Assembly: GCA_029555025.1 (NCBI GenBank)
Contig: JAKPTZ010000115.1
Span: forward strand, 24,898-88,897
DNA length: 64,000 nucleotides
Direction: 5' to 3'
Source of the DNA: Deltaproteobacteria bacterium
GTDB taxonomy: Bacteria; Myxococcota_A; UBA9042; DTJE01
Translations under genes and position numbers: made by a program
Shown here: in pieces, positions 42,965-53,255 of the stretch
How the letters are laid out: every line of letters begins with the position of its first letter
How positions within the stretch are numbered: the first letter of the stretch is position 1
Notes under the pieces: generated by a model
What the model was told of the DNA's origin: nothing
Databases searched by the model: none
The model's input: only the letters and a program-made list of their open reading frames with translations

Positions 42965-44329
42965 GTGCCTGACGGTGATAGCATTGACACGACTGAGTAC
43001 GGGGGCAGCCTGCAACGCGTGGGCCCTACTGAATTTCAACTTCTTGTCGTTTTTATCCTGATCCTGCTTTCCGCGCTGGCATCGGCCACCGAGACCGCAT
43101 TGTTGTCCCTTGGGCAGGCCGACATTCATGCCATTCTGAAGGTGGAAAAGCGCAGGTCGCGCATGCTCGCCTGGTGGGATGAAGACCCGAACCGGGTGTT
43201 GACGGCCATCCTTATCACAAACAACCTGATTAACATCCTGGCCTCGTCGCTGGCGACCGGCATTACGCAGGACTACCTGCACCGGATGGGCGTCGATGCC
43301 TCGATTGGACTTGGTGTCGCGGTGGCGGTCGGCGTCATGACGTTCATGATCGTGATGTTTGGCGAAGTAGTGCCGAAGACGTTCGCCAGGAACAATCCCA
43401 GGTCGATGCTGCCTTTCCTTCCTTTGATGTGGCTTCTTTGCAAGTTGTTTTCGATGCCGGCACTGGCCCTGCAGCGCGCCAGCAGTCGTTTCATCAGGGC
43501 GGTCGGCGGGTCGGTCGACAACCGTGAAAAGGTGACCGAGGCCCAGATCGATTCGCTTATCCGCATCGGGGCCGAGCAGGGCTCGCTGGCCGGCGAAACC
43601 GGCGACCTTCTTTCGTCGGTGATGGAATTTTCGGAAACCCGATCCATGGAAATCATGGTTCCAAGAACCGACGTCGTGGCGTTCGAAGTCAACGATTCCC
43701 TTCAGGAAGTGCTTCGCGTGATGAACGAGCAGAAGTACTCGCGCTATCCGGTCTATGAGGAAGACCTGGACACTATACTGGGCATCCTCACCACCAAGGA
43801 CGTGCTCGAGTTCCTGTCGAAAGGCCCCGAGGGCAAGTTCAGCGTCCGCGAAATGGCCATGCGCCACAAGGCGATGATATTCCCGGAAGTGATCAAGATT
43901 GGCGCGCTGCTGAAGGATATGCAGAAGGAGCGCGTGCAGATGGCCTTCGCGTTCGACGAGTTTGGCGGGATGGCCGGCATCGTGACCGTCGAGGACATTG
44001 TCGAGGAAATCGTCGGCGAGATCTGGGATGAACACGAAAAGGCCGAGGAGCCGGTCAAGTCTTCGGCCGATGGATCCTGGATCGTCAAGGGCAGGGCGGC
44101 CGTCGAGGAACTTGCCGAGGAAACGGGCATCGAGATTCCCGATCAGGATCTGTACGAGACGGTCGGGGGAATGGTGATGACCCTGGCCGGCAAGGTTCCG
44201 TTGAAGGGCGACAGGGTTTCCTTTGCCGGTTTCGAGTTCGAGGTGCTGGATCGAACCAGGACCAGGGTGATATGCCTTTCGGTTCGAAAGGTTCCGGACA
44301 CCGGACAGGATCCGGATGAGCAGGACTGA
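42965..44329 (+). CDS. CNNM/CorB-type protein (DUF21 membrane domain + CBS pair + CorC_HlyC domain; hemolysin-family annotation)
   Basis: 454-aa ORF from a GTG; the true start may be a later GTG near 43019. DUF21 TM region (LSALASATETALLSL), a CBS pair (VPRTDVV...RYPVYEEDLD) and a C-terminal transporter-associated domain. Confidence 0.87.
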   Translation: MPDGDSIDTTEYGGSLQRVGPTEFQLLVVFILILLSALASATETALLSLGQADIHAILKVEKRRSRMLAWWDEDPNRVLTAILITNNLINILASSLATGITQDYLHRMGVDASIGLGVAVAVGVMTFMIVMFGEVVPKTFARNNPRSMLPFLPLMWLLCKLFSMPALALQRASSRFIRAVGGSVDNREKVTEAQIDSLIRIGAEQGSLAGETGDLLSSVMEFSETRSMEIMVPRTDVVAFEVNDSLQEVLRVMNEQKYSRYPVYEEDLDTILGILTTKDVLEFLSKGPEGKFSVREMAMRHKAMIFPEVIKIGALLKDMQKERVQMAFAFDEFGGMAGIVTVEDIVEEIVGEIWDEHEKAEEPVKSSADGSWIVKGRAAVEELAEETGIEIPDQDLYETVGGMVMTLAGKVPLKGDRVSFAGFEFEVLDRTRTRVICLSVRKVPDTGQDPDEQD

Positions 44330-44380
44330 CGGCGGCGTCGCGGGGGCGGGCCGCATCTTTCATTTTCTTCCTGGTGAATC

Positions 44381-45697
44381 ATGAAAGTCGGTGTTATCGG
44401 TACCGGGTATGTTGGGCTTGTGCTTGGCGCGGGGCTTGCCGAAACCGGGAATCACGTCATCTGCGGCGATATTGATGCCGAAAAGATCCGGATTCTTAAC
44501 GAGGGCGGCATCCCGATATGGGAGCCCGGCCTTGACGGCATGGTGCTGCGTAATCGCGAAAAAGGCCGGTTGCGCTTCACGACGGACATCCAGGGGCTTG
44601 TCCGGGACTCCACCGTCGTGTTCATTGCAGTCGGAACCCCACCGCAGGAAGACGGAAGCGCCGATCTTCACCATGTGCTGGGGTGCGCGCAGACGATTGC
44701 CACGACGATGGACGGTTATCGACTGATTGTGGTCAAGTCAACGGTGCCGGTCGGGACGTGCGACAAGGTTCGCGATATTGTTGCCGCAAACACGACACAT
44801 CCGTTCGATATCGCGTCCAATCCGGAATTCCTGAAGGAGGGGGATGCGATCCAGGACATGATGAAGCCCGATCGCATCGTGTGCGGCGTCGATTCGCCGC
44901 GTGCCCGTGAGCTTCTGGAAGACGTCTATCAGACGTTCATGAGAACCGGAAATCCAATCCTTTTCATGGACGTGAAATCGTCCGAAATGACCAAATACGC
45001 CAGCAACGCAATGCTCGCGACCAGGATTTCCTTCATGAACGAGATGGCCGCCCTCTGTGATTCGCTGGGTGCCGATATCGACTGCGTTCGGCGCGGGATG
45101 GGCGCGGATCCCAGGATTGGTTCGAAATTCCTTTTTGCCGGCGTGGGATACGGTGGATCGTGTTTTCCCAAGGACGTAAAGGCCCTGGCATCGACCGGCC
45201 GTGAATGCGGTCTTCCCATGAAGGTGCTCAACGCGGTCGAGGAAGTGAACGCGGCGCAGAAGAGGCTTCTTGTGGAAAAAGTCGTCGGTCATTTCGGGCC
45301 GGATCTTTCCGGGTTGAAGCTGGCGGTCTGGGGGTTGGCCTTCAAGCCGAATACCGACGACATGCGCGAGGCCCCGTCGATTGAAGTGATTTCAGGTCTT
45401 ACGGAGTTGGGCGCGACCGTTTCGGCTTACGACCCCGTTGCTTTGACGACTGCGGCACGTGTTCCGGAAATTGGCGGCAATCGAGGCTGCACGATAGTGA
45501 CGACATGCGCCGAGGACGCCCTCGACGGCGCGGACGCGCTTCTTCTGGTGACTGAATGGGGCGAGTTCAGGAATCCGGATTTCGACGAACTGAAACGTCG
45601 AATGAAGGGTAACGTCATCTTTGACGGGCGAAACATATTCGATTCGTGCCGCGTCAGGGATGCCGGGTTCCGTTATTACAGCATCGGCCGCCCCTGA
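44381..45697 (+). CDS. ugd: UDP-glucose 6-dehydrogenase
   Basis: 438 aa with MKVGVIGTGYVGLV, NPEFLKEG, the catalytic-Cys context GYGGSCFPKDV and GLAFKPNTDDMREAP. Confidence 0.92.
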   Translation: MKVGVIGTGYVGLVLGAGLAETGNHVICGDIDAEKIRILNEGGIPIWEPGLDGMVLRNREKGRLRFTTDIQGLVRDSTVVFIAVGTPPQEDGSADLHHVLGCAQTIATTMDGYRLIVVKSTVPVGTCDKVRDIVAANTTHPFDIASNPEFLKEGDAIQDMMKPDRIVCGVDSPRARELLEDVYQTFMRTGNPILFMDVKSSEMTKYASNAMLATRISFMNEMAALCDSLGADIDCVRRGMGADPRIGSKFLFAGVGYGGSCFPKDVKALASTGRECGLPMKVLNAVEEVNAAQKRLLVEKVVGHFGPDLSGLKLAVWGLAFKPNTDDMREAPSIEVISGLTELGATVSAYDPVALTTAARVPEIGGNRGCTIVTTCAEDALDGADALLLVTEWGEFRNPDFDELKRRMKGNVIFDGRNIFDSCRVRDAGFRYYSIGRP

Positions 45698-45835
45698 CAT
45701 ATCCTGAAATCTGTTCACCCCCGGCCGGGCATTACTCCAGCTCGACGATTCCTGATTCCAGTCCGTGAAGACGGTTTGAAACGACTTAAGTGGCCGGGAT
45801 TACACAGGGATGCGATTTGGATCGGGCCGGTGCGG

Positions 45836-48800
45836 TTACTGGCAGGCGGCGACGCCCATTCCGGCGAAGTAGTTGTTGCCGTAGCTGGTCCACTGGAGGG
45901 CCGGGTCGAACACGTCGTTGATGATTGTATCCGGAACGCGCACGGATCTGCACAGGGTGTCGTCAGCCGTCGTAGGCCCAGGCGTTGTTCCCCATTCGGT
46001 TCCAGGGTCGAAGCCGACCTGCCCGAACGAGTCGATGACCTCGCCGTCGCAGCGCAGGACAACCGCGTCGTCCCCGTTGAACTGAAGCACGGTGCCGGCG
46101 ACCTGGTCGCAGTTCGGAAGCGCCGTCGCGTCCAGGCCGCTGTGGCAGACGACCCAGGTGTCCCCGGCCGCAAGTGACGATGCGGTCAGGTTGATCGTGT
46201 ATCCGACCGTTGAAGCCCCGTTCTGGTATCCGGTAATGGTGCAAGAGGTCAGGTCGGTTGCAACGGTGCCGATGTTCAGGATCTCGATGAACTTGTTGCT
46301 GCTGGAACCTTCCCCGTATTCGCTGAAGATCAACTGCGGCGGGGGCGTGCAGATGTCGGTTGTGGCGCATTCGGTTTCGTCGCAGTCGGATATGCCGTCG
46401 AGATCGTTGTCCAGGCCGTCGGAACAGCACGCATCGGTGGCCTTTTCATGTCCGTCCTGGTAACAGGCGTCCGAACATTCGTACGTTCCAAGTCCAAGAT
46501 AGTTGTCGGCCGCGAAGTGAATCCAGCCCGCTGTCGGAATGAAGGCATCGTCGCGCACCCTGTCGCCGACCGAAACATAGCATTCCCGACGCATGGTCGT
46601 GTCAACAGTGGTCTTCCCGGAGTCATCCCAGCCACCGGCGCCGGGATCGGTGCCGATCTGGCCGAATACGTCCATCAGGGAGTTTTCGCACCTAAGGACG
46701 ATCGTGTCGTTGCCGTTGACCGAGAAGAGGCCTGACAGGGCGTCGCAGTATGGCGCCAGCGCAAGGTCGGCGTCGTCGTCGCAAACGACCCATGTGTCGC
46801 GGTCATGCAATATTCCGTCACGCGCGATCGCCATCGCGTAAGCCATTTCCGATGTTCCGTCGGGGTATCCCTCGAGGACGCAATTGTTCAGCATCACGTC
46901 GCGTCCCGACAGGTTGGTGATTTCAATCGCATTGTTGACCCCGGTGCCTTCCACGTATTCGCTGATCACCAGGTTGGGGGCGTCGTTGGCGACAATCATC
47001 CGTCCAGCCTGGTTATCCTGGTCGAAGCCGGTGTCCGAACCGTCAAGGTCGCACAGGGTCCATGAACGGCCGCTGTCGGCGCTGAAACGGATGGCGAAGT
47101 CGTATTCGCCGGCAGTCGTCGGCAGGAAAAGGTTGTAGTAGTAAGTATCGGCGTCCTCGTACGGGGAATTGTTTCCCAGGCCGACGAATGCTGCCGTCCA
47201 GGACCATGTGTCGGGAGAACTGCCCTTCGGGCCATATCCGACTTCGGCCTTGACCGCTGGCGGGTTGTCGTTGCCTGTGGTCACATCCGTCATGCCCGCC
47301 TCGATGATCCAGCCGAAAACCTGGAAATAGGTTCCGGTCTGGGAGATGAACGGCGAGTCGGCCTTCAACTGGCAGAAATCAACCGGTTCCTGGCATACGG
47401 GATCGTCGTCGCAGTCGGAATCGTCGCAGTCGGTTACCCCGTCGTTGTCCTCGTCCGTGCCATCATCACAGTCGGTTTCCTCGGTCGGTTCGATGCAGTA
47501 AGGATCAGTCGCGCAGTCCGGGTCGTTGCAGTCGGTCTGGAGGTCGCCGTCGTTGTCCGCGTGGTCGTCGCATGCGGTTTCGACCCCGGCGGTCACAACG
47601 ATCGAACCGGTGGTCGCCGCCGAGTAGCCGTCGATGGTGCCGGCCGGTTCAAGATCCGCGTAAGTCCACGTGTCGCCGCCGTCGGTGCTGAAACGGAACG
47701 CGTAGTCGAAGGTTCCGACCGGAACGTCGTCGAAGGAAACCCCGTACCTGTCGTCCGAACCGTCAATGTCGTCGAAATAGACCGCGTCGTACCAGGACCA
47801 CAGGATATGTCCGTCGGGGTTGCTGCCGTCAGGGCCCCATCCACCCTGGGCCATCACTCCCAGGCCCTGGCCCGCGACGTTGGTGATGCCCTGCACGAAT
47901 ACCCTGCCGAAAAGTACTTCAGGGATCTCGGCGAAGACCCAGGCGCCGGTGCCGGGCATCATGACGGCCGCGTACCCGATGACCGGCGGCAGGCATTCGA
48001 CCGCCTCGTCGCAGTCGGGATCCATGCAGTCCTTCAGTCCGTCAAGATCGTCGTCATTCAGGTTGTCGCAACAGGTTTCCCTGCCACCCACATGGCATGC
48101 CTGGGCGCAGAGGTTTGAACCAAGATCCAGGAAGGAGTCCCGCGGGAAAGACCACCATTCGAGCCCGGGATCGAACTCGTTCGAAAGGTCGGTGTCCCCG
48201 AAGATTACATCACAATGACGGCGCAGGGTGTGTCCGACGCTGGTGACTTCGCCCGTTCCCCATCCCGAGGCGCCCGGGTTTTCCCCGCGCCGGCCGAACG
48301 AATCCATCAGCTTGTCTTCGCACGTCAGGCTGATTGTGTCGTTGCCGTTGAAATTCAAGAGGGATCTGAATTCGTCACAGTAAGGGGTAAGGTCGGTCGA
48401 GACCCCGGTCTGGCACATCACATAGGACGCCGCATCCTGAAGAACGCCGTCCTCGACATTGAAGATGGTCGATGGGCTGACCGCCCCGTCGGTGTAAATG
48501 GATATCGCGCAGTTCTCAAGGTTGAGGTCACGGCCGCTCAGGTTCAGCAACTCGATCGCCTTGTCGTTCCCCGTGCCGTCAACGTATTCGGTGATGAGCA
48601 CGATCGGATCCGACACGATTTCCAGCTTGCCGGCGTCCGCCACGTCGTATCCGTCGTCGGTTCCGTCAAGATCGCAGTACTTCCAGGAATATCCGCCGTC
48701 GGCCGAGAACCTGAAAGCCATATCGTAATGGCCTTCATCCGCGACCGGCACCACGAATGAATACCGGTAGCTGTCGGCGTCGTCCCTTCCGCTCAGGTTG

Positions 48801-51187
48801 CTTGCGGTCGGAGAAGCGTTGTCCCATGTCCAGTCGTTGCCGGGAATCGAGTCCGCCGGGCCGTAGCCGTACTGTCCAACCAGGCCGGCCGGGTTGTCGT
48901 TGCCGTTCGTGACATCGGTCTTGCCAGCGACGAAGACGTACCCGATGGCGTTGACCGTCATTCCCGTGGAACCGCGAACCATGGCCGGCTCGAAAGTCCT
49001 GCACCAGTCAACCGGAATGAAGCAGGTCTCGGTCGCCTTGCAATCCGGATCGTCGCAGTCGGCAAGGCCGTCACGATCCGAGTCAAAGGTGTTGGCGCAG
49101 CAGGTTTCCTTTTCGTTGGCATAGCAGTCGCCCTCACACAGCCGGAATCCGAATCCCTGCCACACATCCTGGGGAAGGGACATCCATTCCACGGCTTTGA
49201 AGGCCGTTGCCGCGGCGCCGGTGCCGGCGGTGACCGAGCAGTCACGACGCAGCGTGTGATTCAGGGTGGTCAGCGGCTCGATTCCCCAGCGGTCGCCTGG
49301 ATCCACGCCAATGACGCCGAAGACGTCCTGAACCGCTTCACCGCACTTGAGTTCGATTGCATCGTCACCGTTGAAGTTGAGCCGGCTTGAAAGCAGGTCG
49401 CAGAATACGGCGGAGCCGGCCGCAAGTGCATCGTGGCAGACTGTGAACATCGCGCCCGGGGCAAGATCAAGAGCCGGCAGCGTGATGACGCTGCTGGTCG
49501 TCAAGGCACCGTTGAAGAACACCGACACGGTGCATTCGCCCAGCGGTGCCGGGAAAGCCCCCGCGTTGATGATTTCGATTGCCTTGTTGTTGCCGGATCC
49601 TTCCATGTATTCCGAAATCAGCAGTTGGTGCGGCGGCTTGATGGTGATGCTTCCGGCATTTTCGGCCGCGTATCCGTTGTCGCTGCCATCGGTGTCGCAG
49701 TAAATCCACGTTGCGCCGTCGTCGCCCGATACCCTGAACGCGAAGTCGCGGGCCAGCGACATGTCGGTGATGGCCGGAACGGTCACGACACCGTTCCAGA
49801 TGTCCGAAGACGCATCGACCGCGTCCATGTCGGGGGTTGCCGGAAGCCAGTCACCCCAGGCGAATCCGGTCGGATCGCCAGCATCCGGCCCAATCCCATA
49901 CTGAACATGTACCTTTGGATGGGCATCGTATTTGTCCGTCGTGTCGGTGATTCCGGGCGCCGTCACCTTGACGACCGCGGTGAACGTGTCCCCGGAAGGT
50001 CCGGTATGGGTGGTTGGCGATTCAACGATGCAGGAAACATTATCGACCGGGCATACGAATTTGCAGGATTCCTCCTCGCAGTCGGTTTTGCCGTTTTCGT
50101 CGTTGTCCATCTCGTCTTCGCAGCACGTCTCGAACCGGGCAAGACAGGATCCTTCCATGCAGTAATCGCCGCCGGTGCAGTCGTTTCCGTCGTTGCAAAG
50201 GGAATCGACCAGGTTTTCGTGAACGCATCCGGTTTCCGTGTCGCAAAGATCGCTGGTGCATTCGTTGCCGTCGTCGCAATCAATGTCGGTTCCGGCAGAG
50301 CATGAACCGTTCAGGCAGAAATCGTTTTCGGTGCAGGCGTTTCCATCCTGGCAGGCCCCGTCGTTGAAGACCATCGTGCAACCGGCCTGGGCATCGCAGG
50401 CATTATCAGTGCAGACGTTGCCGTCATCGCACAGAAGCGCGTCCGGCACCCCGACGCATTCGCCGTCGGCGCATGAGTCGCCTGTCGTGCAATCGACGCC
50501 ATCCTGGCAGGGTTCGCCCTGGTGGATGCTGATGTTGATGCAGTCGCCGGTTTCAGGATCGCAGCCGACAGTCCGGCAGAAAAGGCCGAGGGTATCTTCG
50601 CAGACCGGGATGGTTTCTGCCGGAATGTGGCAGACAGAAGGTGTCACGGCCAGGTTGCACCTGTACGAACCGTTGCACTTGTTTTTGTCGTCGTACCACG
50701 CGCAGTCGCTGTCAGTGCTGCAGTTGCAGTTGTTCTGGCCCGGCTGGCAGACGTGATCCGCATCGCACTTGTCGTCTATGGTGCAAAGGTCGCCGTCCTC
50801 GCATGTCGCGTCCGCTTCAAGCCAGACACGAACACACGCGCACCGGTCGCAGGATGCCCTCTCACACAGGCCGAGGTCGTCGAACGCATCCTCGCATTCC
50901 TCATCCTGCGTGCATTCGCACACTTCGGGCATTTCAAGGGGGACATCGGTGACGCCCTCGTCCGGCACGTCCTGGACTGCATCGGGATCGATCGTTTCCT
51001 GGAAAATTTCTTCCCTGGGCTCGTCGCCGGTGTCCGGAATCAGGATTTCCGGCGCGGTGTCCAACTGGACATCCGGCATAACGTCATCACCCGGAAGTTC
51101 GGATACATCCGGCTGACCGCCGCCGCCGCCGCATGAAAGCAGCATTGAAGCAAGGATGAGCGCGGTGACTCTGGCTGTTGATTTCAT
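45836..51187 (-). CDS. giant surface lipoprotein: Cys-rich repeats + four beta-sandwich modules + four lamin-tail-domain (LTD) modules joined by DxDxDG/Cys linkers
   Basis: ORF 45836..51199; start preferred at 51187 (MKSTARVTALILASMLLSCGGG, a lipobox). LTD-like cores LLISEYMEGSGNNKAIEIINAG, VLITEYVDGTGNDKAIELLNLSG, LVISEYVEGTGVNNAIEITNLSG and LIFSEYGEGSSSNKFIEILNIG. Each module carries an FNGDD/FNGND/VNGND string followed about 12 residues later by (D/S)(V/S)FG. Confidence 0.85.
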   Translation of the reverse strand: MKSTARVTALILASMLLSCGGGGGQPDVSELPGDDVMPDVQLDTAPEILIPDTGDEPREEIFQETIDPDAVQDVPDEGVTDVPLEMPEVCECTQDEECEDAFDDLGLCERASCDRCACVRVWLEADATCEDGDLCTIDDKCDADHVCQPGQNNCNCSTDSDCAWYDDKNKCNGSYRCNLAVTPSVCHIPAETIPVCEDTLGLFCRTVGCDPETGDCINISIHQGEPCQDGVDCTTGDSCADGECVGVPDALLCDDGNVCTDNACDAQAGCTMVFNDGACQDGNACTENDFCLNGSCSAGTDIDCDDGNECTSDLCDTETGCVHENLVDSLCNDGNDCTGGDYCMEGSCLARFETCCEDEMDNDENGKTDCEEESCKFVCPVDNVSCIVESPTTHTGPSGDTFTAVVKVTAPGITDTTDKYDAHPKVHVQYGIGPDAGDPTGFAWGDWLPATPDMDAVDASSDIWNGVVTVPAITDMSLARDFAFRVSGDDGATWIYCDTDGSDNGYAAENAGSITIKPPHQLLISEYMEGSGNNKAIEIINAGAFPAPLGECTVSVFFNGALTTSSVITLPALDLAPGAMFTVCHDALAAGSAVFCDLLSSRLNFNGDDAIELKCGEAVQDVFGVIGVDPGDRWGIEPLTTLNHTLRRDCSVTAGTGAAATAFKAVEWMSLPQDVWQGFGFRLCEGDCYANEKETCCANTFDSDRDGLADCDDPDCKATETCFIPVDWCRTFEPAMVRGSTGMTVNAIGYVFVAGKTDVTNGNDNPAGLVGQYGYGPADSIPGNDWTWDNASPTASNLSGRDDADSYRYSFVVPVADEGHYDMAFRFSADGGYSWKYCDLDGTDDGYDVADAGKLEIVSDPIVLITEYVDGTGNDKAIELLNLSGRDLNLENCAISIYTDGAVSPSTIFNVEDGVLQDAASYVMCQTGVSTDLTPYCDEFRSLLNFNGNDTISLTCEDKLMDSFGRRGENPGASGWGTGEVTSVGHTLRRHCDVIFGDTDLSNEFDPGLEWWSFPRDSFLDLGSNLCAQACHVGGRETCCDNLNDDDLDGLKDCMDPDCDEAVECLPPVIGYAAVMMPGTGAWVFAEIPEVLFGRVFVQGITNVAGQGLGVMAQGGWGPDGSNPDGHILWSWYDAVYFDDIDGSDDRYGVSFDDVPVGTFDYAFRFSTDGGDTWTYADLEPAGTIDGYSAATTGSIVVTAGVETACDDHADNDGDLQTDCNDPDCATDPYCIEPTEETDCDDGTDEDNDGVTDCDDSDCDDDPVCQEPVDFCQLKADSPFISQTGTYFQVFGWIIEAGMTDVTTGNDNPPAVKAEVGYGPKGSSPDTWSWTAAFVGLGNNSPYEDADTYYYNLFLPTTAGEYDFAIRFSADSGRSWTLCDLDGSDTGFDQDNQAGRMIVANDAPNLVISEYVEGTGVNNAIEITNLSGRDVMLNNCVLEGYPDGTSEMAYAMAIARDGILHDRDTWVVCDDDADLALAPYCDALSGLFSVNGNDTIVLRCENSLMDVFGQIGTDPGAGGWDDSGKTTVDTTMRRECYVSVGDRVRDDAFIPTAGWIHFAADNYLGLGTYECSDACYQDGHEKATDACCSDGLDNDLDGISDCDETECATTDICTPPPQLIFSEYGEGSSSNKFIEILNIGTVATDLTSCTITGYQNGASTVGYTINLTASSLAAGDTWVVCHSGLDATALPNCDQVAGTVLQFNGDDAVVLRCDGEVIDSFGQVGFDPGTEWGTTPGPTTADDTLCRSVRVPDTIINDVFDPALQWTSYGNNYFAGMGVAACQ

Positions 51188-51318
51188 CTGTTCCCCCAAA
51201 AGATTTCCACAATGACCAGAGGATGATAACCCCGTGCACGCGCGCGTTCAACAACGGCGGGGAAAAATGCGTTGATCTCGGCAGGCTTGCGATACGGAAG
51301 TAGTTCGGGGTGAGCCGG

Positions 51319-51753
51319 TCAGCGCCTTCCCTGAAGTGCCCTGGAAGCAAGCCTGGTCACTGATTCCTCGGGATCCTCGGCCGCAAGCCTGGCAAGTTCG
51401 GCGCGTATCTGGGGAACATCGCGCAGCGGCCTCATGCAGCGGACGGCGAACATCCTTACCGCGACGGCCTCGTCCCTGGAAAGAACCTTCAGTATTCCGA
51501 TTTTTTCAAACAGGGGCTGTCTTTGAAGGATTTCACGCGCCTGGGCTGGGCGCTTGTCCGCCAGGGCGGCCGACACCCGATTCAGGGATTCGCCCTTGAA
51601 GCTGACGTGGAACATGGCGATGCGATCCAGGCTTGTCTCGTGCCACCAATAGACCGCGTATCCGGCCCCCGCGCAGATTGCGAAGAAAAGCAGGATCAAA
51701 GCCATCTGTCTGTTGCTGACCGTCATCCCAGCAGCCTCCGTCGGCGCGCGCAT
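51319..51753 (-). CDS. hypothetical single-pass membrane protein
   Basis: 144-aa ORF; alternative start at 51726 (MTVSNRQMALILLFFAICAGAGYAVYWW, a TM segment). Helical C-terminal part. 120 nt upstream of the giant lipoprotein gene, on the same strand. Confidence 0.5.
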   Translation of the reverse strand: MRAPTEAAGMTVSNRQMALILLFFAICAGAGYAVYWWHETSLDRIAMFHVSFKGESLNRVSAALADKRPAQAREILQRQPLFEKIGILKVLSRDEAVAVRMFAVRCMRPLRDVPQIRAELARLAAEDPEESVTRLASRALQGRR

Positions 51754-51860
51754 TATAGCAGCACGATGCGTTCGTGTTCAAATCACCGGTGCCGGTCAAA
51801 GGCGGTTGGGCGGTACGTCACTTTGTCATGATGTTCGATGTGCGTGCAGAATAGGTTGCC

Positions 51861-53255
51861 ATGATGCGCCCTTATTACAGCATTGCCGCGGTTTTTTTGA
51901 TGTTCCTGGCCGGGGCCGCGCATGCTTCCCAGAATCCGGGGTCCGACAAGTCGGCCAAATCCGGTTCGAGTGAATCCGAATGGGGTCGGCCCTTTGCCGA
52001 ACTCCAGTTTTCCGGGGTCGCCGGCGGCAGCCACGAATCATGGCGAGCCGGTTTTGACTTCGCGCTTTCCGGCGGCAGGGATGGTTTCGAGGTATCCGTA
52101 ATCGCGCCGATACGTTTCGATCCGGACGGCTTTCGGATGCGGGAATGGGATGAGCCGAACGACTTCGGCCGTCTTCTGTCCAGATTCGGCTGGACCGACA
52201 GAACCGGTCAATTCGATGTTTCCATCAAACCAGTCCAGAATTTCAACCTGGGCATGGGTAACCTTGTTTCCATGTTCAACGGAGTCATCGACGGGGATCA
52301 TTTCAGAACCGGAGTCAGCGCCAGACTTCACTGGGATGTTGCTGGCGGAGACCTGTTTCTTGACGGTGTCGCCGGGCCGTCCGTGATCGGCGGTCGGGTC
52401 TATTTCAGGCCGCTGTGGTTCGTCGATCGATCGGGACAGATCGGGCGGCTTGAGATCGGTGCTTCGTTTGCCGGCGATATCAACGCACCTTCAAACCTGG
52501 GAGCGTCCACCCCGGAAAACCCGACGTCATCGGTTCCCGGTCCGAACGGCCTGGTTGCGACCGACCCCTCGCCGTTGACCGCCTGGTCGATCGATGTTTC
52601 CTGGCCGGTTCGGCCGGCGCGGGCCATCCAGATAAAGCCCTGGGCGTCATGGTCAAGGATCGGATGGTCGGATGCATCCCACGTCGGCCTTGAACTCGCG
52701 TTCAACATCAGGTCGAAGGTCGTCCTTACCGTGACAGGCCGGTACGACTTCATGGAATCCGGGTTCGTGACCGGTTATTTCGACAATATCTACATGGCCG
52801 ATCGATACGACTTCAATGCCTTCAGGGACGCGGCGGAAGGTCCGGTGTCCAAGAGGGTAGTCACCGGGACATCACGTCCCGCGAGGCATGGGGGCGCATT
52901 TGGAGTGATGGTCGGCTGGGATCCCTGGCTGACGACGTGGATCGGTGCCGACGTCGATCAGTACGGGGCATTTTCCAGGATTCGCGCGGGCCTGACGGTC
53001 AAGGTGCCGGACAGGCTCCTTCTGACCGGAACCGTCTATGCAAGGGGATTCGGGATTGACGGCCGCCAGCGCCTGGCGGACAGGATCTTCTGTTCCGTGG
53101 CCGCCGACGTCACCGTCTGGAAGTACATCGGTGTGTTCGCCCTCTACTCCCGGGATCTGTTCGTTCCCGACTCCGGTTCCGATCGCTTCAGGTACGTTTC
53201 CGGAAATACCGGCCTGGCCGGAGTACGCTTTTCATTTGGACTGCTGAAGGATTGA
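51861..53255 (+). CDS. hypothetical outer-membrane beta-barrel candidate
   Basis: 464 aa with signal peptide MMRPYYSIAAVFLMFLAGAAHAS. Alternating-polarity strands throughout. C-terminal region GLAGVRFSFGLLKD has an aromatic-rich terminal strand. Confidence 0.58.
   Translation: MMRPYYSIAAVFLMFLAGAAHASQNPGSDKSAKSGSSESEWGRPFAELQFSGVAGGSHESWRAGFDFALSGGRDGFEVSVIAPIRFDPDGFRMREWDEPNDFGRLLSRFGWTDRTGQFDVSIKPVQNFNLGMGNLVSMFNGVIDGDHFRTGVSARLHWDVAGGDLFLDGVAGPSVIGGRVYFRPLWFVDRSGQIGRLEIGASFAGDINAPSNLGASTPENPTSSVPGPNGLVATDPSPLTAWSIDVSWPVRPARAIQIKPWASWSRIGWSDASHVGLELAFNIRSKVVLTVTGRYDFMESGFVTGYFDNIYMADRYDFNAFRDAAEGPVSKRVVTGTSRPARHGGAFGVMVGWDPWLTTWIGADVDQYGAFSRIRAGLTVKVPDRLLLTGTVYARGFGIDGRQRLADRIFCSVAADVTVWKYIGVFALYSRDLFVPDSGSDRFRYVSGNTGLAGVRFSFGLLKD

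Noticed and set aside
42749-44356. 535-aa minus-strand ORF. Similar long antisense ORFs are 18855..20294, 31391..32815, 32873..33832, 33829..34866, 35527..36771, 39882..41135, 54904..56406 and 59897..60769.
   Set aside because: Each lies antisense to a gene with clear family motifs and has Arg/Pro/Gly/Ala-heavy, motif-free translations. Long open antisense frames are expected in GC-rich DNA.
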